A DNA stretch of 63,535 nt, counting the filler, from Nemertoderma westbladi (taxonomy: Eukaryota > Animalia > Xenacoelomorpha): the NCBI GenBank assembly GCA_032718475.1. It is 4 parts of 4 records of this genome, joined end to end, with 100 filler letters (N's around TTAATTAATTAA, not from the genome) between each part and the next. Parts side by side here need not be neighbours in the genome. Positions count along the whole stretch, not along the records: positions 1 to 30,615 come from JAUCBJ010005782.1; 3 more parts are not named here. One strand, given 5' to 3'. The notes beneath the pieces are model-generated. The model was not told where the DNA came from. It made no database searches and saw only the letters and a list, made by a program, of their open reading frames with translations. Shown piece after piece: positions 13,845 through 26,431 of this stretch; positions within the stretch are counted from its first letter, which is position 1, and each line of letters opens with the position of its first letter. Both the position numbers and the translations under genes were made by a program.

Positions 13845-14102
13845 AAAATTACTTACATCATTGCTTGCAAAGGTCACTTTTCAGTGTATTTGTGTATTTA
13901 TTTATGTTTATTTAATGGCGGTGCAATTTTGTTGACAAGCCGGCACAGCATTCTTAAAAATGCAGCTGCAATGCAGCATGCCGATCCTAGTAGTAGTAGT
14001 TTATTTATGTAAACCTCCCTTGCTGCGCTCGCTCGGTACATAAATAAACTCGGGTCATAACGCTGCAAAGTGCTACTTTGCACACAATGATGTAAATAGT
14101 TA
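13845..14102. mobile_element. Small inverted-repeat element carrying an ~85-bp 3' stub of RTE family A (also near 17291-17548 and 25567-25824)
   Basis: Ends ttacttacatcattgcttgcaaaggtcactt / aagtgctactttgcacacaatgatgtaaatag are inverted. The stub tggcggtgc...gatcc(tag)4 matches the 3' end at 51621-51720 and is flanked by tttatttatgt direct repeats. Confidence 0.75.
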
Positions 14103-14249
14103 ATAAATTCCCCGAGGACTCACTCACTGCTAATATATCACAGATAATCACTGCGAATAATATTTGAATATAGAAGTTAGTCGAAAAACTCCTATTCACA
14201 AATAGGCTTACTCTGACCGTTGTATGCCGTTAACTGAATTATACTCATT

Positions 14250-14340
14250 CCAATGTTATAGCCATAAAGAGCCAATCACATAATTTTAATATAACTAACC
14301 AATGGATAACAAATTCTAGAATTTAATCTTCATATATAAG
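14250..14340 (+). promoter_or_regulatory. Pol II promoter: three CCAAT boxes plus TATA (copy 1)
   Basis: CCAAT at 14250, 14272 and 14299; TATATAAG at 14333-14340, about 90 bp upstream of the ATG; conserved in all three copies. Confidence 0.7.
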
Positions 14341-14430
14341 AGAAAAACATAGATAAACTGTCATATTGAAAACAGTTAAATCAAAAGTAAGTGCACAATA
14401 CAATATAATTCAATCTGATTAATAGACGCG

Positions 14431-14709
14431 ATGTCTCAAAGGAACCACAATGAGAGTGAAAGTGGAAAGTTGCGTGAGGTTGGGATGCCAAGTGATGACT
14501 TAGTCAGCTATAAACAGAAGGGTTATGTGAGTAGGTCAACCGAAAGGACAGATATGGAGAAAAGGAGACAGAAGAGGCGAAAGGGAAGCAAGAGTGGAAA
14601 GGGGAAGAAGAAGGGAAAAGGGAGCAGATCAAGGAGTCGAAAGGGGAGAAGTCGTGGTAGAAAGGCCAAGGGGAAGAAAGGGAAGAAATCAGGATCGCGG
14701 AAACGGTGA
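14431..14709 (+). CDS. Protamine-like sperm nuclear basic protein candidate, copy 1 (92 aa)
   Basis: C-terminal 51 aa are 17 K + 12 R with G/S and an SRSRSR motif; 41-aa near-neutral leader; upstream CCAAT/TATA; AATAAA at 14852. Confidence 0.72.
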   Translation: MSQRNHNESESGKLREVGMPSDDLVSYKQKGYVSRSTERTDMEKRRQKRRKGSKSGKGKKKGKGSRSRSRKGRSRGRKAKGKKGKKSGSRKR

Positions 14710-15497
14710 AAGAAATAATAGGGAAAGTCTGCGGTCCAATCTCGGAAGATAAACTGAAATTTATTAGGATTTTCTGATTATCAATTATAGTAATTTGTCA
14801 ATTATAATTATATATTCATCATTTATTATTCAATTATCTTAATATGTAACGAATAAATATCGATAGCTAAGAAGAAAAAAACATTGCCAACCTAAAACAC
14901 ATTTAATTTCCTTTTCTAGAATGTATTTCAGTGATACGGCATATTTTTTATAAATGTATCATTTAATTTTGGTGAAAAAAGTATGTTTTAATAAACTATA
15001 GGCGCGCCAGATCCATATTTACTGTAGAACACATCATGCAGAGCAGGTGCAGGTGCTACAGTGGTAGCCTAACTTTGGACCACTAATAGGCCTAATAGTT
15101 TTCTAAAACCTTTTGTAAACTGGATAAAAATAGTGCGTCAGCGCCCACCCTATCTAAATGGGACATTTGGAGCCTAGTCAGCCAGGATCTGAAATATTTC
15201 TTGAGCTTCCCGACACATTCACGAGTTATTATTTAAAAGTTTAATTATTTAAAGACTAACATCGGTGTTTATTGTTCTTCGATAGGACGCAGTTTCACAG
15301 AGATTTGAGCTTATTGAGGAGACATTCGATAATATTCACTAACTCGCTATGCTTGTTCTTGTGAATGCCTGTACTTGACCCCTGCGTGACAGGGCCTACT
15401 TTATATCGAATACAGAAAAACTAATAATTTATTAGGACTTCATATTGGTGCATGCGGAACCATTTATAGTAGACATATAAATATCAAGAAAATTCAT

Positions 15498-15620
15498 TGT
15501 GTAGTGGTTTAACAGTTTAATTGTATCGGAGCCTTGAACTCGGGTCTCTGACTCCAGATGTTTGTGGGTTCGAGTCCAGGAAGGTGGCCAGGGAAATTTT
15601 CATTCCGGATTCGCATAAAT
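15498..15620 (+). mobile_element. Possible tRNA-derived SINE head
   Basis: A-box-like TAGTGGTTT near 15503 and B-box GGTTCGAGTCC at 15567-15577; no complete cloverleaf. Confidence 0.35.
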
Positions 15621-15819
15621 CTCCGTTAGGCCTATATATAAAAAAGACTGATTCCGTGTTACATTACCGTAATCATTAGCATAATGTAGTTACAAAACAA
15701 CAGTTTTATTTAAAGCCAGCTTTATTATTATTCAAATAAAATCAATATTCATTTCCTTAAGACTGCGTCCAACTTACATATTAAACATAAAGATAGAAAA
15801 GAGCACGAAATATGTACTG

Positions 15820-16236
15820 TACTACTAGGATCGCCATGCTGCATTGCAGCTGCATTTTTAAGAATGCTGTGCCGGCTTGTCAACAAAATTGCACCGCCAC
15901 AACTCCCTATCACCCATGACATTTGCTAGATCATCCGCATCTTTAAGGCCAGTGTCCTTTAAGATGCGTCTCAAGAAAGTCATGGGCTGTCCACCATGCT
16001 TATTCACTCCATGAGGCTGCCAAAGTACAAGATTATGCACTGGCTGGTCCTCACGGCGAAAGCAATGTCCTGCAAAGCGGAGGCGATTTTGTTCTAGTGT
16101 CAAGCTTGGGGGAACCAATGAGACACCTCCAATGTTATATAGTGTCTGGTTGGAGATGTGTGCATTGTACTTGACACAATGAACCCGGCGTAGCATTCTT
16201 GTGAATGTGCCATCCAGAGATTTGGTGTCCTCAGCA
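15820..16236 (-). mobile_element. RTE-like LINE family A, 5'-truncated 3' fragment
   Basis: Encodes ...RLRFAGHCFR...; near-identical to 51285-51700; ends in a TAG tail. Confidence 0.9.
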
Positions 16237-17695
16237 GGTTTCCTCAGGTGTACTGTAGGGCATACCTACTGTAGCCTGCTGTACAGACTTGTATCGCTAC
16301 CAGTCCACATCTTCAGATATTACAAAGAAGCAATTTGTAAGAATAAAAAGTATGCTTTGTATTCTACAAATCTTAATTAGATTGCATACATTTGAAACAA
16401 AGAAGCTGGTTTGGCGCCGTAGTGGGTGAATCTTCCGCTCTTTTGATAAGAGCTTTTTAAAAAATATCCTATCAATTACCAATAGTGCGGAAACTTGCAC
16501 CAGTCGAGTCGCAGCTATTTTGTCGTCACCTTACTTTATTTTTTTTTTAGTATCGAACAGGAAATAATTTTTCAGGATTACAAAACCTGGTAAAAATATC
16601 TGAATTTCGTTTAATATAGGTGAGATTATGAGCGTTCGAATAGGGCAGCTTTTTCCATTGTACGAAACAATATATTAATTATATTTTGTTACATTATATC
16701 AACTTAACAGTGTTCAGGTGAAATACTCGTAACGCTGCAAAGTACTACTTTGCTGCGTTGCGGCCTATAGGACGGAACGCTGCAAAGTAATCAATGACAT
16801 GGAAACAACTTAAATTACCGTATTCCAGAATGTATTATTTCTACTTATATTATTGTGAGCTTCTTTATTCAATAAAGCATCACGTGTTTGCATAATGCGT
16901 GCGTCCAGTTAGAAGTGACGGGACTAGCTGCTCTATGTAATAATAATTATTCTTTAACGAGTAAGATTGTATTCCATACGTCCTATAGAAGACATTTTAG
17001 AGAAAATGAGCAAGTAAAATATGGCGACATTTGTTCAGTATAACTAAACTGACACAGACTGTGACTCTGTCGACGACTGATCAAAGATTTATCACATCCA
17101 TGCAGGAGATAACAATAATAAACTTTAATTAGATATACAATATACATGTTTAATTAATACTATGTACCAGACTGTACCTGTTAATAAATTTCACTTATTT
17201 TCTAAATAGTACAGGATTAAAATGTTTAAATTAGCATCCATAAAATCCTTTCGTCACATACCAAACGCTGATAAGTTGACATAATGTAACAAAATTACTT
17301 ACATCATTGCTTGCAAAGGTCACTTTTCAGTGTATTTGTGTATTTATTTATGTTTATTTAATGGCGGTGCAATTTTGTTGACAAGCCGGCACAGCATTCT
17401 TAAAAATGCAGCTGCAATGCAGCATGCCGATCCTAGTAGTAGTAGTTTATTTATGTAAACCTCCCTTGCTGCGCTCGCTCGGTACATAAATAAACTCGGG
17501 TCATAACGCTGCAAAGTGCCACTTTGCACACAATGATGTAAATAGTTAATAAATTCCCCGAGGACTCACTCACTGCTAATATATCACAGATAATCACTGC
17601 GAATAATATTTGAATATAGAAGTTAGTCGAAAAACTCCTATTCACAAATAGGCTTACTCTGACCGTTGAATGCCGTTAACTGAATTATACTCATT

Positions 17696-17786
17696 CCAAT
17701 GTTATAGCCATAAAGAGCCAATCACATAATTTTAATATAACTAACCAATGGATAACAAATTCTAGAATTTAATCTTCATATATAAG
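17696..17786 (+). promoter_or_regulatory. CCAAT x3 plus TATA promoter (copy 2)
   Basis: Same arrangement as 14250..14340. Confidence 0.7.
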
Positions 17787-17876
17787 AGAAAAACATAGAT
17801 AAACTGTCATATTGAAAACAGTTAAATCAAAAGTAAGTGTACAATACAATATAATTCAATCTGATTAATAGACGCG

Positions 17877-18179
17877 ATGTCTCAAAGAAACCACAATGAG
17901 AGTGAAAGTGGAAAGTTGAGTGAGGTTGGGATGCCTAGTTGGTTGCTTGGTTGTGATTACTTAGACAGTTTTATAACTGAACAACAGAAGGGTTATGTGA
18001 GTAGGTCAACCGAAAGGACAGATATGGAGAAAAGGAGACAGAAGAGGCGAAAGGGAAGCAAGAGTGGAAAGGGGAAGAAGAAGGGAAAAGGGAGTAGATC
18101 AAGGAGTCGAAAGGGGAGAAGTCGTGGTAGAAAGGCCAAGGGGAAGAAAGGGAAGAAATCAGGATCGCGGAAACGGTGA
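17877..18179 (+). CDS. Protamine-like protein candidate, copy 2 (100 aa, net 24-bp in-frame gain in the leader)
   Basis: Basic domain identical in protein to copy 1; leader segment SWLLGCDYLDSFITEQ replaces SDDLVSYK. Confidence 0.7.
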   Translation: MSQRNHNESESGKLSEVGMPSWLLGCDYLDSFITEQQKGYVSRSTERTDMEKRRQKRRKGSKSGKGKKKGKGSRSRSRKGRSRGRKAKGKKGKKSGSRKR

Positions 18180-18573
18180 AAGAAATAATAGGGAAAGTCT
18201 GCGGTCCAATCTCGGAAGATAAACTGATATTTATTAGGATTTTCTGATTATCAATTATAGTAATTTGTCAATAATAATTTTATATTCATCATTTAATATT
18301 CAATTATCATATGTAACGAATAAATATCGATAGCTAAGAAGAAAAAAACATTGCCAACCTAAAACACATAATTTCATTTTCTAGAATGTATTTCAGTGAT
18401 ACGGCATTGATATCACATGGAGCAACTTTGTTTCTGCAATTTGTTTCTGAAACAGAAGTTGCTCAGTGTGAGGGGATCAGCAAAAAGTTGCTAGACAGTT
18501 TTAACATGCAATTTTTTATGTGTGTTGAAAAAATAACAGTATCGTCCTCGTCCATTAGCAGGAGCACCTGCAT

Positions 18574-20540
18574 TAGGGCGGTGAGTTTTTTTACTTTTTT
18601 TCGATTTCATTGTTCTACCAGCTGCGTCTTGATGAACTGTAGAAATAATAACTCTCGTCTCGATGATTTATACCCATAGATAACGACTTATATTCTATAA
18701 TGCTTTATTTAATTAATACAAATTTTATTACATTTCACATCCACTCTGACCCTTTTAATACGTATTTACTGCATCTCATTTTAAATTTATACGCATATAT
18801 TTAATCTCATTTTTACGACATCAGAGACCGACCCTTTTATTAATACGTATATATATATTTCATCTTATTTTAATACAAATATTTCTATCTAATTTCATAT
18901 AACATCCAGTCTTCTGACCCTTTTAACTTCTTCGTTTAATCTCATAATTAGCACGGCCTTTTTGAGACCAATTACATACAGTAATAATTTTAACTCGATG
19001 TATTTTAATGTACCTTAAATAATTATTAACTCATATTTTAAACTAAGTAATGTATGAAATGTATGTAATGTATCTCTTATGGGGGAAACCCCATCACCAT
19101 ATAATACTATAGTTAAATTGTCTATGCAGTCTTTGTTCAGTTCTAAGTTATGGTGTAAATTTATATTAATAATAATAATAATAATACCGGTGCGCAAAAG
19201 TTGCCAAATGGTAAAAAATTAAGGCAAAAAAATTTCTCTAAATTTCATCGATATCTTGACGGATCCCAAGGGGGTTGAAATTTTGAGCCTTCGCGATGCA
19301 CCACAACGAAATTTATAACAATATAACACAAGAATGAAAGATCAATGACTCAAAAAAGAACTTCCTGCATGCATCAAATGTCATCTAATGGGTCCAAACT
19401 GAGTCAGATACCAAAATTTTAATTTTTGGATTAAGGGAACTAGTGCCACAGGCACATGGACAGAACCTACAATTTTGCGCAAGTGATGATAATTCTCAAT
19501 TTTCGCAATGGCCAACTTTAAGTTTTCCCACTGCATTAATATTATGCTCATTAGAACCGCAATAACCGATTTAGTGGGGGTAGAAACGAACGTAGAGCGA
19601 ATAGTTCTTGAGATATCGCATAAAATGTGAAGTCCGGCACAAGTCTACATTACCGCCTTGATGTGATATGGACAAATCCCCAAAAAAATTTATTTTGAAT
19701 TATCTCAAGGAATCAAGAATAGACACATCACTGCAACAAATTGATTTAGTGTATACAGAGACCTTCAAAATTAAAGAGTAGTGATTAATTCACTATAGGT
19801 TTTGTACAAAATGTGTGGAATGGGTCAACTCAATATCAAGTATTAATTGGTGGATATAGTCTTGAACATTTTGTAAAATAAGAACTAATGACTCTACTCT
19901 TATTTTGAAGCTGTCTACACACACTACATCGCTCATTTCTGTGTTATGTCTATTCTTGATTCCTTGAGATAATTCAAAATAAAATTTTTTTAGGGATTTG
20001 TCCATATCGCATCAAGACGGTAATGTAGACTTGTGCCGGACTTCACATTTTCTGCGATATCTCAAGAACTATTCGCTCTACGTTTGTTTTGAAGGTGTCT
20101 ACCCCCACCAAATCGGTCATTGTGGTTCTAATGAGCATAAATAATATTAATGCAGTAGGAACTCAAAGTTGGCCACCGCGAAAATTGAGAATCATCATCA
20201 CTTGCGCCAAAATGGTAGGTTCTGTCCATGGGCCTGTGGCACTAGTTCCCTTGATCCAAAAATTAAAATTTTGGTATCTGACTAAGTTTGGACCCATTTG
20301 ATGACATTTGATGCATGCAGGAAGTTATTCTTGAGTCATTGATCTTTCATTAATGTGTTATATTGCTATAAATTTCATTATGGTGCATCGCGATGGCTCA
20401 AAATTTCAACCCTCTTGGGATCCGTGAAGATATAGACGAAATTTAAAGAAATTATTTTTCCTTATTTTTTTACCATTTGGCAACTTTTGTGCACCGGTAG
20501 AACAATGAAATCGAAAAAAAGTAAAAAACGCACCGCCCTA
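18574..20540. mobile_element. Non-autonomous foldback DNA transposon, probably hAT-type, with inverted arms of about 0.6 kb
   Basis: Ends TAGGGCGGTG...CACCGCCCTA; flanks acctgcat / acccgcat (8-bp TSD with one mismatch); 19187-19800 is the reverse complement of about 19870-20497. Confidence 0.82.
18620..19184 (+). mobile_element. AT-rich insertion with a (TAA)n tail inside the left arm of the foldback element (likely a LINE 3' end)
   Basis: Interrupts the arm at gttctacc|...|taccggtgc, is absent from the right arm and ends in (taa)6. Confidence 0.6.
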
Positions 20541-20743
20541 ACCCGCATGTCTCCAAAAAACCGTCAGTACTGACTCATCGTGTAAAATCATCGACATCAA
20601 ACGGAATGTACATATAAAACAAAAAGCCCCCCCCCCCCAAAAAAAAAAAACTAGAAAAAATGAGAAAAAAAGTTGCAAATTTTACGAGTTTAATTATGGT
20701 GTATTTATAAAAGAACTGTGATTTGAGTGAAGCAAGAGTTTGA

Positions 20744-21774
20744 GCTGCTGAGTTTACATATCATCATCTAACACTGAGACCTAAGGGTGCTGCTGAGTTT
20801 ACATAGCATCATCTAACACTGGGACCTAAGGGTGCTGCTGAGTTTACATAGCATCATTTAACACTGGGGCCTAGGGTGCTGCTGAGTTTACATAGCATCA
20901 TCTAACACTGGGACCTAGGGTGCTGCTGAGTTTACATAGCATCATCTAACACTGGGACATAGGGTGCTACTGAGTTTACATAGCATCATCTAACACTGGG
21001 ACCTAGGGTGCTGCTGAGTTTACATAGCATCATCTAACACTGGGACCTAGGGTGCTACTGAGTTTACATAGCATCATCTAACACTGGGACCTAGGGTGCT
21101 GCTGAGTTTACATAGCATCATCTAACACTGGGACCTAAGGGTGCTGCTGAGTTTACATAGCATCATCTAACACTGGGACCTAGGGTGCTGCTGAGTTTAC
21201 ATAGCATCATCTAACACTGGGACCTAGGGTGCTGCTGAGTTTACATAGCATCATCTAACACTGGGACCTAGGGTGCTGCTGAGTTTACATAGCATCATCT
21301 AACACTGGGACCTAGGGTGCTGCTGAGTTTACATAGCATCATCTAACACTGGGACCTAGGGTGCTGCTGAGTTTACATAGCAACATCTAACACCGGGACC
21401 TACGGTGCTGCTGAGTTTACATAGCAACATCTAACACCGGGACCTACGGTGTTGCTGAGTTTACATAGCATCATCTAACACTGGGACCTAGGGTGCTGCT
21501 GAGTTTACATAGCAACATCTAACACCGGGACCTACGGTGCTGCTGAGTTTACATAGCAACATCTAACACTGGGACCTAGGGTGCTGCTGAGTTTACATAG
21601 CATCATCTAATACTGGGACCTAGGGTGCTGCTGAGTTTACATAGCATCATCTAACACTGGGACCTAGGGTGCTGCTGAGTTTACATAGCATCATCTAACA
21701 CTGGGACCTAGGGTGCTGCTGAGTTTACATAGCATCATCTAACACTGGGACATCAGGTTCTGCTGAGTTAACAT
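20744..21774. repeat. 44-bp minisatellite (~23 units)
   Basis: Unit gctgctgagtttacatagcatcatctaacactgggacctagggt. Confidence 0.97.
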
Positions 21775-23185
21775 GTAGGTTTCAAATTTTTAAATGATTG
21801 AATTTACAAAACATTACTCCAGTAGTCGAGTCTCGAACCCATTAACTAAGAGCCAAAGTTCAGCGCGCAGCCGACCAAACTAAATTTCACACTTTCTATC
21901 ACTAATTTAATGATAGAAAGTATTAATGAGTGTGCGAAAGCAGTACTTTCTCACACTGTTTTCTCATATTTTAGTGAGAAAAAGTGGACTTTTCAGATAA
22001 AATAAGTTTAAAATTGGAAAAACTCTCCATTCCAGCTGTAATAATTAATGTCCAGCAATCGCCTTACCTATATTAAGGGTGGTGGAGATAGCTATTATTC
22101 TAATTTTTTAAAGCACAATTAATGTATTATAATAATCGAACACACATCGATATATTGACCTAAAAGCATATTCTATCTGGGCATCCTAATGGCAAACCCT
22201 GAACTGTTTGCTAGTTGATTTTATATTAAAATTCATTTGTTGATGCAAGTATGAACTTGGCTATTTTAGATTACTTATTTTGCTAATTTTAAGTTCAAAA
22301 CACCATTTTTATTGATAAAGTTGGTTGCGTCATAATATCGATGTTTTTTATCTGGTTTTAAGCATTATCAAAGGTTTTAAGCATTATCAAAGGTTTGACG
22401 CCATCCAGAGCCATTATCTGCATATCCAATTTGTATAATTGCCTTATTGGCTATGCTCCTTACTGATGGGTGGATATATAAGTACGATTAGTTCTGTGGT
22501 TTATTCACTCTTTTCGTATTATTGTTGTACAGAAGAAGTCGCGTTGCCCATGCAGAGGCATTGATCTTCGGTAGGGTTTAAATGACTGGTGATTATTACA
22601 GGTCTAAAGTCAAAGTGTTAATAATTAAATTATAATTATTTATCGTTATGTTTGATATTCTACTGATAAACTCAATTTGTCATTATTATTTGCTTAATAT
22701 ATCGCCGATATTACAGAATCAAGGAAGTTTTACACGTGCCACACCACAACAAGGTAGGTCGCTGTAACTGAGTGTCAGAGATAATCTGGACAATTGTATC
22801 AAATACATGTGTGCCGTCGTACCTCTAACTTAATAAATAATTAATATATGGCGATATTTCAGACCATTAATATAAGCAAAGCTCTTATTATTAATTACAT
22901 CACGATTGAGAGTTGTCACAAATTGAATACTGTAGTGATATCAATATTAGACCCAAAGACTTGTCACAATACGTTTCCTCTAAAGGGAAACACAGTCACC
23001 AGACTTGAGTCCTTACCTTACATAATTAATTAGTCAGACATTTGCTTGTTGTATTGTGTTGCCACACCCTCCCGGTACTGTATATTAGTGAAATATAATA
23101 GATGATCAAATACCGTATTAGACTGAGCGAAATATAGAGCAAATCAATACATCGCAGGGAGAAAGGGGAAATAAACAGATACACC

Positions 23186-24399
23186 AGAGCGGCCTTCGTT
23201 GAAGGTACACTAGCGACACTCCCGCTCAGCAGGGCGGCCTTCGTTGAAGGTACACTAGCGCCACTCCCGCTCAGCAGGGCGGCCTTCGTTGAAGGTACAC
23301 TAGCGACACTCCCGCTCAGCAGGGCGGCCTTCGTTGAAGGTACACTAGCGACACTCCCGCTCAGCAGGGCGGCCTTCGTTGAAGGTACACTAGCGACACT
23401 CCCGCTCAGCAGGGCGGCCTTCGTTGAAGGTACACTAGCGACACTCCCGCTCAGCAGGGCGGCCTTCGTTGAAGGTACACTAGCGACACTCCCGCTCAGC
23501 AGGGCGGTCTTCGTTGAAGGTACACTAGCGAGACTCCCGCTCAGCAGGGCGGCCTTCGTTGAAGGTACACTAGCGACACTCCCGCTCAGCAGGGCGGCCT
23601 TCGTTGAAGGTACACTAGCGACACTCCCGCTCAGCAGGGCGGCCTTCGTTGAAGGTACACTAGCGACACTCCCGCTCAGCAGGGCGGCCTTCGTTGAAGG
23701 TACACTAGCGACACTCCCGCTCAGCAGGGCGGCCTTCGTTGAAGGTACACTAGCGACACTCCCGCTCAGCAGAGCGGCCTTCGTTGAAGGTACACTAGCG
23801 ACACTCCCGCTCAGCAGGGCGGCCTTCGTTGAAGGTACACTAGCGACACTCCCGCTCAGCAGGGCGGCCTTCGTTGAAGGTACACTAGCAACACTCCCGC
23901 TCAGCAGGGCGGCCTTCGTTGAAGGTACACTAGCGACACTCCCGCTCAGCAGGGCGGCCTTCGTTGAAGGTACACTAGCGCCACTCCCGCTCAGCAGGGC
24001 GGCCTTCGTTGAAGGTACACTAGCGACACTCCCGCTCAGCAGGGCGGCCTTCGTTGAAGGTACACTAGCGCCACTCCCGCTCAGCAGGGCGGCCTTCGTT
24101 GAAGGTACACTAGCGCCACTCCCGCTCAGCACGGCGGCCTTCGTTGAAGGTACACTAGCAACACTCCCGCTCAGCAGGGCGGCCTTCGTTGAAGGTACAC
24201 TAGCGACACTCCCGCTCAGCAGGGCGGCCTTCGTTGAAGGTACACTAGCGCCACTCCCGCTCAGCAGGGCGGCCTTCGTTGAAGGTACACTAGCGCCACT
24301 CCCGCTCAGCACGGCGGCCTTCGTTGAAGGTACACTAGCAACACTCCCGCTCAGCACGGCGGCCTTCGTTGAAGGTACACTAGCAACACTCCCGCTCAG
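23186..24399. repeat. 45-bp minisatellite (~27 units), paralogous to the 49-bp array
   Basis: Unit gaaggtacactagcgacactcccgctcagcagggcggccttcgtt; shares aggtacactagcg and the same right flank tgtatcagaccgga. Confidence 0.98.
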
Positions 24400-25971
24400 T
24401 GTATCAGACCGGACATTTTGCTTCATTATTGCATGGTTTATTAAGTAACAGGAAGAAGTCACAATATATGAAAATTGAGATTGAAAGAACGTCTTTTTTA
24501 TCAAATGCGCTAACATCATTAAAATGTAGAATAATTTCCTGTGTTAAATTAGGGTGAAGCTTTGGCATATTTCATTCCCATTGACGCATTGGCAATTTAA
24601 TTAAAAAAATTAAAATTATATTACAAAGGAGCCATTTGTAAGAATAAAAAGTATGCTTTGTATTCTACAAATCTTAATTAGATTGAAACAAAGAAGCTGG
24701 TTTGACGTCGTAGTGGGTGAATCTTCCGCTCTTTTGATAAGAGCTTTTTAAAAAATATCCTATCAATTACCAATAGTGCGGAAACTTGCACCAGTCGAGT
24801 CGCAGCTATTTTGTCGTCACCTTACGTTATTGTTTTTTTTACTATCGAACAGGATATAAATTTTCAGGATTACAAAACCCGGTAAAAATATCTGAATTTC
24901 GTTTAATATAGGTGAGATTATGAGGGGGGCGAATAGGGCAGCTTTTCCCATTGTACGAAACAATATATTAATTATATTTTGTTACATTATATCAACTAAC
25001 AGTGTTCTGGTGAATTACTCGTAACGCTGCAAAGTAGTATACTTCGCAACGTTGCGGCCAATAGGACGTAACGCTGCAAAGTAATCAATGACATGGAAAC
25101 AACTTCAATTACCGTATTCCAGAATGTATTATTTCTATTTATATTATTGTGTGCTTCTTTATTCAATAAAGCATCACGTGTTTGCATAATGCGTGCGTCC
25201 AGTTTGAAGTGACGGGACTAGCTACTCTATGTAATAATTATTATTCTTTAACGTGTAAGATTGTATTCCATACGTCCTATAGAAGACATTTTAGAGAAAA
25301 TGAGCAAATAAAATATGGCGACATTTGTTCAGTATAACTAAACTAACACAGACTGTGACTCTGTCGACGACTGATCAAAGATTTATCACATCCATGCAGG
25401 AGATAACAACAATAAACTTTAATTAGATACAAATGTTTAATTAATACTGCGTACCTGTTAATAAATTTCACTTATATTCGAAATAGTACATGATTAAAAT
25501 GTTTAAATTGCATCCATAAAATCCTTTCGTCACATACCGAACGCTGATAAGTTGACATAATGTAACAAAATTACTTACATCATTGCTTGCAAAGGTCACT
25601 TTTCAGTGTATTTGTGTATTTATTTATGTTTATTTAATGGCAGTGCAATTTTGTTGACAAGCCGGCACAGCATTCTTAAAAATGCAGTTGCAATGCAGCA
25701 TGCCGATCCTAGTAGTAGTAGTTTATTTATGTAAACCTCCCTTGCTGCGCTCGCTCGGTACATAAATAAACTCGGGTCATAACGCTGCAAAGTGCTACTT
25801 TGCACACAATGATGTAAATAGTTAATAAATTCCCCGCGGACTCACTCACTGCTAATATATCACAGATAATCACTGCGAATAATATTTGAATATAGAAGTT
25901 AGTCGAAAAGCTCCTATTCACAAATAGGCTTACTGTGACCGTTGAATGCCGTTAACTGAATTATACTCCTT

Positions 25972-26062
25972 CCAATGTTGTAGCCATAAAGAGCCAATCA
26001 CATAATTTTAATATAACTAACCAATGGATAACAAATTCTAGAATTTAATCTTCATATATAAG
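25972..26062 (+). promoter_or_regulatory. CCAAT x3 plus TATA promoter (copy 3)
   Basis: Same arrangement as 14250..14340. Confidence 0.7.
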
Positions 26063-26152
26063 AGAAAAACATAGATAAACTGTCATATTGAAAACAGTTA
26101 AATCAAAAGTAAGTGCACAATACAATATAATTCAATCTGATTAATAGCCGCG

Positions 26153-26431
26153 ATGTCTCAAAGAAACCACAATGAGGGTGAAAGTGGAAAGTTGCGTGAG
26201 GTTGGGATGCCAAGTGATGACTTAGTCAGTTATAAACAGAAGGGGTATGTGAGTAGGTCAACCGAAAGGACAGATATGGAGAAAAGGAGACAGAAGAGGC
26301 GAAAGGGAAGCAAGAGTGGAAAGGGGAAGAAGAAGGGAAAGGGAAGCAGATCAAGGAGTCGAAAGGGGAGAAGTCGTGGTAGAAAGGCCAAGGGGAAGAA
26401 AGGGAAGAAATCAGGATCGCGGAAACGGTGA
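26153..26431 (+). CDS. Protamine-like protein candidate, copy 3 (92 aa)
   Basis: One amino-acid change versus copy 1 (S9G) plus several synonymous changes. Confidence 0.72.
   Translation: MSQRNHNEGESGKLREVGMPSDDLVSYKQKGYVSRSTERTDMEKRRQKRRKGSKSGKGKKKGKGSRSRSRKGRSRGRKAKGKKGKKSGSRKR

Larger units (their letters stand above)
12655..14942 (+). repeat. Segmental duplication unit, copy 1 (carries the protamine-like gene)
   Basis: Near-identical to 16317..18480 and 24400..26720. Confidence 0.95.
16317..18480 (+). repeat. Segmental duplication unit, copy 2 (lacks the first ~210 bp and the minisatellite)
   Basis: Near-identical to 12870..14942; shares extra downstream sequence with copy 3. Confidence 0.95.

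Noticed and set aside
13898-14199. Short minus-strand ORFs recurring three times
   Set aside because: Recurrence reflects the segmental duplication; they span TE fragments
21822-21882. tRNA gene on the minus strand
   Set aside because: Only A/B-box-like remnants and no cloverleaf; at most a decayed SINE head
23026-24519. 497-aa ORF of SGSVASVPSTKAALL repeats
   Set aside because: By-product of a stop-free 45-bp unit; the paralogous array has a 49-bp unit that cannot hold a frame
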